The translations under genes and the position numbers were made by a program. A stretch of 64,000 nt of DNA, counting the filler, from Hausera hauseri (Eukaryota): the NCBI GenBank assembly GCA_046269625.1. It is 11 parts of 11 records of this genome, joined end to end, with 100 filler letters (N's around TTAATTAATTAA, not from the genome) between each part and the next. Parts side by side here need not be neighbours in the genome. Positions count along the whole stretch, not along the records: positions 50,730 to 54,964 come from JBJURY010684439.1; positions 55,065 to 59,702 come from JBJURY010493465.1; positions 59,803 to 64,000 come from JBJURY010706659.1; 8 more parts are not named here. One strand, written 5' to 3'. Below the pieces are notes generated by a model. It searched no databases, was not told the origin of the DNA, and saw nothing but the letters and a program-made list of their open reading frames with translations. This document shows, piece after piece, positions 52,870 to 64,000 of this stretch (position 1 is its first letter; every line of letters starts with the position of its first letter).

Positions 52870-54964
52870 CACCATTTTTCCTTTCAAAGGGTTTCTAAGC
52901 TTAACATCTTTAGATATTCCTTTATCTCAATCGTCATTTGCCACAGCTATCCCGGCTGTACGCTCGAACCGCTTCTTAATTAAAAAGGTAACCGCCCAAG
53001 CTTCCGTGCATTTCATCGTTCCCCTGGGATGATCTCATTACAATTATCTTTTCTGGTCTTTAGCTACAATCAACACATTTCAACCTTAAAAGCTCCACTC
53101 AACGAGACAGCACACTTCTTACATAACGCTTTATCCTCATCATATAACACTTTTGATTTTTATTTCACATATCAAGGGCTTATAATACATCCTTCCGATT
53201 CCCTTTTGTTTTTCATTTGCCACGAACGTCTCATCATCCACCTGGTGCTCCATTTTCGCATTCGGGGTGGATCTATCTTTTGCCGCACTTCCAACAGTCA
53301 GGAGGTTTATTAAATTTACCTTGCGTGGAATTTTTCCTTTACAAAAACAACTCCAGCAAACCATGGCTCCAATTCCATCAACAGTGGTTAAAATCGAACA
53401 ACATTACTGATTCTTTTGTGCGAGCCAATAGCCTTTTAATTCTTCTGCCTGCCAACGTCAAGCAGCAGATTAGTAATATCTCCGAGCTGCTACAATCCTC
53501 GACATCTTACGAGACACTCTGAAGTTGTATTGCATGTCACGGATCCTTCGATTGGCAATATAATACAAAGGTATTTTAACGACCACGCGATAAGAAGCCA
53601 AAAGCCATCCGACTTTCTCCAAACGGCCTATGAATAACGCGGATCTAATTCCCCGTTTTTTCTTGTTATCGTTGCCCACCTCAATCACAGCCTTACTAAC
53701 CGTTGTCGACGAATCAACTGCTATCGAAAAACTGACAATAATTGCTTTTTTGAGATTCTTCATACCAACTGTTATCTCCCTATTGCGGCTGCAATCACAT
53801 GTGCTCCAACTACAGACACAACATTTTTTACTGAACAACTGCAAGTAATGCAGCGACAGTTTGACAAGTTACAGCATTCTATTTTGGCCATTGCTACCCA
53901 ACGAAATAATCTTAATGGGCCTCGACGAAGTTAAACAAACCTTCAAGGGAGGGAAGCATTTCCAGACACTCTGCTCGATCAATTTTACTTGACGGACGCA
54001 TAACTTGCTTTTATGACACGCGATTTCGAAGGGATGCTAGGAAATGCCTTTTGGGTTGCGGTTCTACAGCGAACGGTACGCTGTAGACAACCCTATTTTT
54101 GTCTCCCACAATGAGTTCCAGTCATAGGCTAGATCATGCGTGTCTGGTTGTAAACAATTTCAACGAAAAATCTCTTCGCTTTTTTTCCTCTCCTTCCTTT
54201 CCTCCAAATCTTCCAAAAGAACTAATAATGCCGCCAGATTTTACAGCACATTCTGGCGCAGGCAATATCGTTCAATTTGCTGACCGTTTCAACACCGCCT
54301 CTGCAGTCTTTCTGTTGAAAGCTGCACTGTTATGAAGTGATACTTCACATAACGACTTTTTTATAGACTCAGGAGCTGTCTTTTCACTCCTTACGTTGTC
54401 CTCCCTCCTACATCCACTATAATTTCCTGTCCACCGGTTTTCACTGCCAATGGTCAACCGTTGCACGTTGCAGGAACCTCGGAATTGACTTTCGCATTTG
54501 CCAACTTGCCAGATAAGTTTGTCTGGAAGTTCCACGTGGCCAACATAAAATCTCCCATAATAGGCNNNNNNNNNNACATAATCTATTGGTCGATTGCACA
54601 TACAGCTGTCTTTTAAGCAGGAACTCTATTGCAACTCCAAGCATGTGTCTCGTAGACAACGTAGCGAGCAGTTCACTGCACTCATCTATGAACCTGTTGA
54701 ACGCTTCGTCATCTATATAAAAACTTCCGACAAAGTCGCCAATATTTCAGTTATAAACGACAATCATAAATCTATTCTGAAACAAAAATCTAAATTAGGC
54801 ATCGACAGTAGCGATTCAAGTTGCTTTTCATCAAACACTGGAGCTGTTCTCTTTAATGACATGCATCCTTCATTCCTGTCTCTAGACTCCAATCTTAAAT
54901 CATACGTCATAACGTCTTGCTTCCGCATAGTTAAATGAAAAGTCAACTTCAAGCCTCCATCCAC
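52870..54964 (+). mobile_element. Ty3/Gypsy family B, second decayed copy (UBL-gag-PR)
   Basis: gag PCVEFF..KPWLQFHQQWLKSNNITDS homologous to 33090-33240; PR FFIDSGA ~54360. Confidence 0.8.
53029..53271 (+). CDS. Ubiquitin-like domain ending HLVLHFRIRGG, upstream of gag
   Basis: ~80 aa with DFYFTYQG (cf. QRLIFAG) and C-terminal HLVL..RIRGG (cf. ubiquitin HLVLRLRGG). Confidence 0.65.
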
Positions 54965-55064
54965 NNNNNNNNNNNNNNNNNNNNNNNNNNNNNNNNNNNN
55001 NNNNNNNNTTAATTAATTAANNNNNNNNNNNNNNNNNNNNNNNNNNNNNNNNNNNNNNNNNNNN

Positions 55065-58000
55065 GATTCTGGGGTTCCATGCAATCCGATATTTTATTTA
55101 GCAATGATTTATCCGGCTTTGATCCTCCTTCTCCGACTGTGTCCAAGATAAACACAGCATTTTGAGCCAATTTGCATTTCTTAGGATTCAGCTTCAATCC
55201 AGCATGCTCCAATCTCATGAGGGTACCTTCAATATCCTTTAAATGACCCTCTTCCGTTTTTGACGCAATCATGACGTCATCTAGGTAGGCGAACGCGTGT
55301 TCTAATCCCATTAGCATCTTGTTCATCATGCGGGTAAAGATGGCTGGTCCGGTAGTTATTAAAAATGGCATGACATTAAATTCGTATATACCGTCGTGTG
55401 TCTTAAACGCGGTTTTGTAGCGATCTTCTTCTACTATTTCTACTTGCCAATATCCGTACTGTAAATCAAGTGTGGTGAACCATTTAGCTCCAGAAAGTCT
55501 ATCCAGAGCTTCTTTACCCATGGTAATGGGAAGGAGTCCTTCATCATAAGCGTATTTAACGCTCGATAGTCGATACAAAATTGGTGCTTAGTGGTACCTT
55601 TCTTCTTAACCATGAGTATAGGTGAATACCAAGATCTATAGCTTGGTCTGATTATGTCGGCCTTTAACATTCGTTCAACCTTCTTGATTATCTCTGGCCT
55701 TAACGAGTGTGGAGGAGGTACCATTTTGGCATCTTTTTATCCTCTAAATCTATTTCATCGTTGGACCCAGGCTTTTTCTTAAGTGGGATCATGAGTCTTA
55801 AGGTTTTGGCTTGGCCAATATCTTCTTCATCTTTCGCGATAATCGACCTACAACGACAAAGTAAGTTGTAAAATCGACAATATTATTCCGGTGAAAATTT
55901 AGTATCAACGTGGGGTGGAAATTTGGCACATTTATACATTTTCTCTTCGATAGTAATTGATGATACTCTATAGGTGTGTCCCAAAGTGGTATTGGCATAG
56001 AGTTTGATCGGAGTTGGTGCGTTATTTGATATTCTGATTGGCACGCGACCCGTTGATACTCTTGTCAAAACGTTACTGAACACAATGTTCAGATTAATCG
56101 ATTCCTTCAGCTCAAAATATACTGGCTGGTCGTCATCTTGACCTATTTGAGCGTATATCAATATTTCAGTTCTGGGCGGTATGTTTTCGTCTACGAGAAT
56201 CCAAACTTCTCCAAATTTTCTGTCTTTAGTGGTTTTACCTCCTTTTATTGGACCAAGTTGCATTAATTTCCCTGAATTGAAATCTATCGCGATGTTGGGT
56301 AGTTGTTTCAACAGATCGCATCCCAATACTATGCCATCCGTTTATTGTTCCATTATGGAATATTCATGATGAAAAGATTGTCCCATTATACGAATTTCTG
56401 GTCTCCATCGGAATTTGCTTTTACACGATTGGCCGAAGGCTCCGACACTTCTTGGGTCTGTTGTGGGAGGTGGATATAATTGTTTCCGTAGGAATTGTGG
56501 TATTGAATCATACTTTATCAGCGATATTTCAGATCCTGTATCTATCAGTGCGTAAACTTTCCAATCTTCTAATTGAATTTTTGCGAAGGGCCTACATTTG
56601 ATTATCTTACCGCAATAACTTGGTGCTATTCGGGATTGTCGTATCGTGGACACCTTGTATCCGTTGATGGTAACTTGAGTGGTTCCAACTGGCTGATAGA
56701 TTAATTGTCTTAACTCTCCAATTAGGTAAAGTCCATTATTCGCACCATTCGCATTTTCTATTTCTTGTTTTCTAACTGGCGGCTGGATTCCTTGGTTTCT
56801 AGGATGGTGTGTTTCGCGGCTAACGGTAAACTTTGACTGACTTTCGTTTGGTCTAGGTATTCTAGGTGAATAAATTATACCGTGATCGTGGATCTTACGC
56901 AATATCCCGTGGTGTTTTGTTCCTTTGTAATGATCCTCTAGACTAAACGGTTTTCGATAGGCGTCTGTCTGGCACGAATTCATGGATTGTTTCTCGCAAT
57001 CTTCATATATAGGTGCCGTCGGTGGCAGTATTTGCAATGGCAGTTTTATAACAGATTAGTGTCTGTTCGACTGGGGAATAGCATCTCCTCCCATAGTCTC
57101 GTCATCATCAGAATTATTTCTCCGCGTTTTAATATTTATGAATTTTTGCTTATAGTTGAATATGTGCCTTCTCGTACGGTTCCGATTGTGGTAGCCACAT
57201 GACGTTCTACCTCCGGATTTCAACAACTTTCTTTATAGGCCTTTAAAAATTTGCCGAAGGGTGTATATTAGGTGTGGACTGTTCGGCTACATCTTCTCGC
57301 GTTTTAGAGTTAGTTTCCGTGCTACTTATGTATCGTTTCCCTGTCGTCTCATTAAACTTAAGTTCTTTAATTCTGATGAAATTGCAATCGGCTTAGTTGG
57401 GGATTTCCAAATTACCACGGATCTTCTAAAGGGGCAAATATTATCCTGAACATGTCACTTCTGATTTTCTGTGTAAAGTTTAGTAACGGTATGGAACATT
57501 ACCTTTTGTAGGCGCATCTAGGTTTCGTAAAAATCTACCACTACGACCTTCGACTCTAGCACTTCTCCAGTATCGTATTTTGAGCCATTACAATGTCCAG
57601 TATGCATATCTAGTCCTCGAGCTGCTACTTTATATACCTGATCATCTTTCCTTGTTGCATTTCCAATTCCATGCCATCCCATTTTAATCTTCCCTACTCT
57701 ATAGCTTGCTTACAATGCTGACATTCTAAGTTCATCGGAATCGATGGGGTTGTTGGCTTGATTATCGATGAATGTCCATGTACCAGTCCACAATGGAAAA
57801 TGCTGCGAGATCGTCGCAACATACATTCTATTCCGTCTAATGTAACTAGTTCGCGTTGCTGGTACAACACGTAATTTTTCTTTTTTGTTTATAGTTTATG
57901 TGGTCTCGCATCTTCACACATTTCTAAGTCCATTAATGAATATTTTTGGCCAAGTTTAAATTTGTCGCAGTCGTACACTATAACTGCACCCATTTGCCTT

Positions 58001-59702
58001 ATTAACATAATAACGGTTAAAAAGTTAATTAACCAGTTTGGCTTGTTTCATCTGTTATGTCGGGTTACGTTTCGTAACAAGTATTCAAATCCATTTTTGC
58101 CAAGGAAGGGTCTATTATGACGTTTTTCTTCTTTTTCAAATAATTTGGACCAGTTTATTTCTCGGGGCAGTTTCCTGACAGCCTTCCTTTCCAAGCTAGT
58201 GGTCTTATTAAATTCGCTTTCTCTGACCGGATTGGTTTTAACGGCCAAATATAGCAACACTTTTTTTAATTTCTCGATTATCGTTTCATCGCTTAAGGTG
58301 CTTTTGGATAATTTACATCGAAAATTTTTCATGGCCTTGGCGGCATTAAATATAGCCTTCTCTTTCTCGTCTAGCATACTGCTATCAAGACTGCAGTGGT
58401 TCACTATACGTATTAATTTTTGAGTTCATTCTGCTCTTTGTCATCTACACTGCAGATCGGTATGGACATTTGTCTCAATTNNNNNNNNNNGCTTCTGTTT
58501 TGTTACAGTCGGTGCGGTGCCACTAGTTGGTACTAGATTCTTATCATATTGTTCCTTGTTTTCGTCTGTTTGCAAGTATTCGAAGTACATTGCTGCATCT
58601 CGAACTCTTACAATTCGTCCTACCCATTGTTCAGTCTTCGCCTTCCTGGTGGCCTCTTCTTTTGTTTCGTCGGTTGGAATTTTTAGTACTATCCGGTTTG
58701 CTTCGTCTGGAATAATTCCAACTTCTATTATAATTCCAGTTCGTATAATATTCTTCCTCTAAAATAAAGTCTACAATTCAGCTCATTTGTATGGCCATTA
58801 CTCCTTAACCACTGTGCTACGTCCTTCACAAGGGAACGTGTAGTAAACTCGTGTTCCTTCTCGTTTCTCCAGTCAGACGTTATTCTTACTTTAATAGTCT
58901 CTTCAGGCTTTGTCTTTAAGAATTTAGCATATTCNNNNNNNNNNCTCCACACTGAATCTTTGATCTGCTAGACACGTCTCAGTTTCGTACAAGTGCACGG
59001 GAGTTTTCGGGTTTTCGGCAACTATCGAATTCAGATAAGCATCCCATTCATTTTCATTCTCGGGTAGTCCGAAATCAGTCTCCGGAGTTTCTAACGGCCG
59101 AGCTAAGTTTGCTTCTTTTATTGATTCTCTTAGTCCCGTACTTTTTGTTGCATTATAACCATTTGCGTTGTTCGTAAACAACGTCAGTTTTCGGAAGTTT
59201 GGCGCAATACTGTTAGCAGCTGACATAAATCTTCGGCTGATATAAATTCTTGTTCATGATAATTAGTTAACTCGGAAGCTACGTCTCTTTGACATCTTTG
59301 CACAAATGGTGACTTGTCAGCCTTTTATGCTTTTGTAAGAGCATACTTAGTTTTATACAATTTGAGTTCTTTAGTTAGTTCGTTTAATCTTACCGCTCTC
59401 AGTTTGACTTTAACGAAAGTTTCTTCAACTTGTCGTATCTGCGACAACAACTGTCTTATTTACTCGTCACTAATTTCTGCCATTCCCACCATCAGCAGTG
59501 CTAATTCATGCATCTCATTAATAGTTTTTGAGTCTGGGTCTATTTCATCAAGCAATCTTTTTACAAACTTGGCCTCTTCAAAATTAAAATGGTGGTCATT
59601 CCTTATTTTAGTCAGTTCGGTATGATACCTTTGATCTGTTCCAGCCATCCTTTCTTGTGGGTTGTGTAAGAACGTCATTACTTCTTCGAGGGTCGACTGA
59701 TA
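55065..59702 (-). mobile_element. Ty3/Gypsy element copy 3: coiled coil - UBL - glycoprotein (internally deleted) - PR - RT
   Basis: Colinear with copy 1: IVYDC..FHCGLVHGHSS, LPPTAPIYEDC, ALIDTGS, YLDD. Confidence 0.92.
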
Positions 59703-59804
59703 NNNNNNNNNNNNNNNNNNNNNNNNNNNNNNNNNNNNNNNNNNNNTTAATTAATTAANNNNNNNNNNNNNNNNNNNNNNNNNNNNNNNNNNNNNNNNNN
59801 NNAC

Positions 59805-59978
59805 GCAAACTTAACACAAGTTATCCTTTTACCTTGTGGTCATTTCAACACATGTGAGAAATGCTTAAATCTAATAACGAATTGTCCAGTTTGCAGAAGC
59901 CGTATAGAAAGAAGAATAACATGTTTCCAATTCCCAGAAATGAACAGCAAGGATATCTCTACCTTAAACGAACACTAA
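59805..59978 (+). CDS. IAP-type RING finger ORF, 5' end lost in gap
   Basis: VILLPCGHFNTCEKC..NCPVCRSRIE. Confidence 0.75.
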   Translation, partial: ANLTQVILLPCGHFNTCEKCLNLITNCPVCRSRIERRITCFQFPEMNSKDISTLNEH

Positions 59979-60379
59979 CTGATAGACTAGTGTGAGTCTT
60001 ATTTGAATACCCATTTGTATATGTATATAAATCTTTTAAATAACCATTTAATGTAATATATTGAGCAAATTTGTTTATAGAATTAGCGAATACCAACAGT
60101 ATGACCTTGACCAACCTCAATAATTGGACAATCCAGTTACTAACTATAAGAAATCAATCTCCTTAAATAGTTTATGGATGGTATAAACTATACAATAATC
60201 CTCTACTCAATAGGGTAACAAAACTAAGATACTCCAAATATCTGACTATGATTGCCATCAAAATCAGTTAAAAATCCGAATATAAAACATTACCATCCGT
60301 GATTACCAACATATATCAAATGAAATTGATGGATCATAAATACTACCAAAAAGTCCAATACTTGACTTCGACATTAAAA

Positions 60380-60588
60380 GAAAAGGAAGCAGAAGTGGAA
60401 GAAGATGTAGAGTTATTAGCCGTACAATTTGGACTTGTTTGATCTGTAGGATAAATCAATTAGATACAATCTACTTACCATGCGGATATATTGTCTATTG
60501 TAAAACTTGTGCAGCTAAACATTTCACGTTATTGCAATGTACTATATGTGAGTTACCCATAGGAGAAACCTGAACCATATATACGTAA
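60380..60588 (+). pseudogene. Second IAP-type RING finger
   Basis: CLICRINQLDTIYLPCGYIVYCKTCA..QCTICELPI, preceded by an acidic helical stretch. Confidence 0.7.
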
Positions 60589-60622
60589 TAAAACGATCGT
60601 AACTTGGTCTCTTTTGATCACA

Positions 60623-63600
60623 ATGGCGATTGGACACCAATACAATACCCGATACCGAGGACGATTAACACAAAATCAATTGACTGCAGTTAATGAAATA
60701 AATTCAAACGAAGAAAGCACTAGTTTCAGCCCCAGAATCGTTACTTGGCATTGATCCAATACAATTATCTCCCGTTCCAGTACAACATCATTGGGTACGA
60801 GGAGTCAATGGACAAAAAAACCACCTCTAAGTCAATACCGCAATGCACCTAACTTACGCCAGCTAGCACAGAGAATTATTAATCAAGAATTGGAATGTCG
60901 AACACGTTACAAATTACATCGGGTAGACGTGGATGACTTGAGAGTAAGAAAAAAGCAGACGGAAGGTAACATTCGACAGCTAATCAGAGACATACAAGAT
61001 ATACTGCGACAAAGAGGAGACGACACAGTAGAAATAAGCACCATAAATAATGGTATGAGATTAAATAGAGCCGAAGAAAAAACCACACGAATAGAACAAA
61101 GAGTAAATAATAACAGCATGAGTCTAAATGAATCCGAGGAAAGAACTGATCAAATAATACAAAATACAGATGCTCGCACTAGAAAAATACATAATTTACA
61201 ACAGCAAACTATTGGCAATATAGCAGCAGTACATAGAAATAGAGAACAGATTGATTATATTGAAAGAAAACGAATCAAAGAATAAGTGTAATACAGAACC
61301 AAGTAGCAGTTATAGTGTGCAAACAAGAACAGATAGAAACAGAACATAATCTTGCCAGAGATAAAATTGATGTTCTGGCTAGAGACATTAAATAACTGAA
61401 CGAAAGCATTGAACAAGTAAGGCGGAAGAATAAATAACTCGACTAATGGACGAATAGAACATGTGCCATCACCGGAATTTTCAGCGGAACTAAGTTCCAC
61501 ACCTTGTGAAACCTCTGACACCGATAGTAACAACATGGATCCATTAAGGAATAATCGAGATCTGTTGGCTCAACATGGTGAAGGCTACTGTGGTATACCG
61601 AGGGACATAAACATCAATGCTGGTTACGACCCACCAAACATTAACGAAAGAAGGAGAGAAGAGAAATACCAAATGCTCCCTCGCCTTCGACCATATGAAG
61701 GACGAGTATCCGATTTAGAGGATTTCTTAGATGAATACGATTCACTAGCGAAAGCCATGCGTTGGGATGACGCAAAAAATATCCCTTTTACCATTCAATG
61801 TGATTAATAATTTAAGAAGGGCAATAACACGCTTACCTAAACATGTTGATGAAAACTGAGCACAGCATCGAGAAAGAATTTTACAAAATCAGCAGGTTAA
61901 TAAACAAGAAAACCGATATCTAAAATTTCAAAACTGTAAACAGAAACCGAATGACGAAGTCTTACCATACATCAACAGATTTAAATCCGCAATGAATAGA
62001 TATTTCGGTCCGAACGCACAGGCTTTTTGGGCTATAATCATGAAGCAATATATACTTGGACTTTTACCGCCTTTACGAGAAGGAGTCAAATTCCACACAG
62101 CAAATAATTTTAACGAGCTGATAGAATATGCGCTACGAATGGCAACTCGGATATACTAAACACCTGTCTGGATTAATCAAACAAAAATCACAGCAATGGT
62201 TACGACACCACTGCTAGTAAGACCAGATGTAGCAAATCGTAGTAATTCACCTTGGAGAGACCCTTCGAGAAGCCAAAGCCCTAATCGACAAGACAGTAAT
62301 ATACCACAGAGAGACAATGCTCCAGAAAGAGGAAATTATAACCAATCATCCAAAAACTACAACAATAATCAAAGAGATACCTCATATTAAAGAAATAGGG
62401 GATATTATGATAATCGACAGCGGAATGATACAAGATACGATATATCACGATAAAAACCGTTTTCCTAATAGAGAAAAGTACAGTAGTGATCAAAATCCCA
62501 ATCGTTATGATAATGGAAATAATCAAATGAACCTATTTTATAGAAGAGATAATAGCCGAGCACGATATCCAACTAATCGGCCGGAAGGACTAAGAACCAA
62601 CTATCCCAACGACAGGCGAAGCGAAAGCCGCGAGAGGTTTGGAAGAGATGATAGTCCAGAACGATATGGTAACTTCAATAGGAATGATAGCAAGGAAAGA
62701 GATATCCAACCAAGTGATAGTAGAAACATATATAATTCAGGAAATGATAATAGAAATAGGTATAACGATTCGAGACCTGGAAATTATGACAGAAGTTATG
62801 ACTATACCCCACCTCGACGAGAATCGGATAGATGTAATAGGAATCCCAGTCCATATCCTCACAGAGACTGAAATCAAACCCTTTCCCATACCGAGCAATA
62901 ATAATGATAGATATTCTCGATAACCAGATTATAGTTCCAGACGAAATGCGTCACTGTAAACCAGAAATACTTCCCCATCTAGATACAACAGAAATATGAC
63001 ACCAGAATATCCTAGGTACCCAAATGAAGGAAAATTTGACTTAGCAATACTATTGTATAGTAGTTCCTAAAAAGAAATGAAAATACTTCAGACAACAAGA
63101 AAACCAATAATCACGAAAGGAATCCTTCAGCCGGCCGCTCAGCAACTTTTAACTAACAAACTAAGTCAGCCTTTACGCGATTGTTAATGGCTAAATCAAT
63201 AATAGAACAGCAACAAATCACACCAAGACCATCACCCAATATGTCTATTTTAGAAAAACCCTTCATAATGAGAAACTACTTGGATTAAGCGGAACGAAAA
63301 GTACTAGATATCCAAAATAATACACATCCGTATATGTTATGGCCAGAAACAAAGGAAATCAAAAACCTACTCTTAACCTTATTGAAACAGTAGAAAAAAC
63401 TATCGAAGATGAGGAGGAACCAGAAATCAATCGAATAAGAATAGAGAACCTCGAAGATGATCTGATAGTTGAGTNNNNNNNNNNAGCCTCAGAGAGTTAC
63501 TCTGTGGAAAACGCGTTGTTGGAATCGAAATATAATAGTTGTTTAAGCAAATACAGCTAAAGGAAACAGACATATTCGGTACGTTTAATTCAGGTAAGAA

Positions 63601-64000
63601 TTTTAACTTACCAAGTGATCAATAAGAAAGAGAAGGTACATTACCCCAACAACTAACAAACCTAGGATAGGAATACGAAATTAAACTTAACCGTCAGGCA
63701 TCCACATGTTATATTTTTCCAAGCAGACTCTTGTATAAAGACGACAGACATCCCCAACGAGAAGTAATATGTAACACCATCCTGATTCCGAAAGTAAAAT
63801 GACGGCGTTTGGACATAGATACAGTTCAAAATTGGCATAAAATATTAATTAGGAGAAAGTCCAACCGAATAGAGTTTGATGATATTTGTATGGAAGGTAC
63901 CGATAAAGCAAATTTAAAGAATACCGATATTCAGATTAAAAGCATGATCCACCATGTGACATAATCAACAAACAAGGAAAAGCCCGACTACACGTTGGTA
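60623..64000 (+). mobile_element. Decayed long gag of an LTR retrotransposon
   Basis: MAIGHQYNTRYR start, coiled coil, capsid motifs PYEGRVSDLEDFLDEY..MRWDD and FQNCKQKPNDEVLPYINRF..LGLLPPLR, then R/S/N/D-rich tail; pol not recognised in window. Confidence 0.75.

Overview
Eukaryotic (animal) DNA made of 11 unrelated small contigs joined by an artificial 100-nt spacer (N44-TTAATTAATTAA-N44), so no linkage can be inferred across spacers. Three contigs (1-5418, 19130-24293, 44938-50629) look like repeat-rich lophotrochozoan DNA: tRNA-SINEs, I/Nimb- and RTE-type LINE remnants, a Polinton pPolB pseudogene, a Ser/Thr kinase gene and (TAAC)n arrays. The other contigs are AT/A-rich. They hold fragments of host genes (NCBP1, CWC21 and CTR9 with 40-50 bp introns; piwi, GBE1, INTS3) and decayed LTR retrotransposons. 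The most striking signal is a Ty3/Gypsy family seen in three copies (24394-30910 +, 38605-44837 +, 55065-59702 -). In it a chuvirus-like viral glycoprotein lies UPSTREAM of protease/RT. Comparing copies suggests one ancestral polyprotein: Gag - coiled coil - ubiquitin-like - AT-hook - signal peptide - glycoprotein - TM - PTAP tail - PR - RT, with a RING ORF before the PPT/LTR. A second Gypsy family (two copies) has a ubiquitin-like leader ending RIRGG fused to Gag. A BEL/Pao element has CCCH fingers in Gag, and another Gag is preceded by two IAP-type RING ORFs. All assignments come from motif recognition by eye; no database searches were run.
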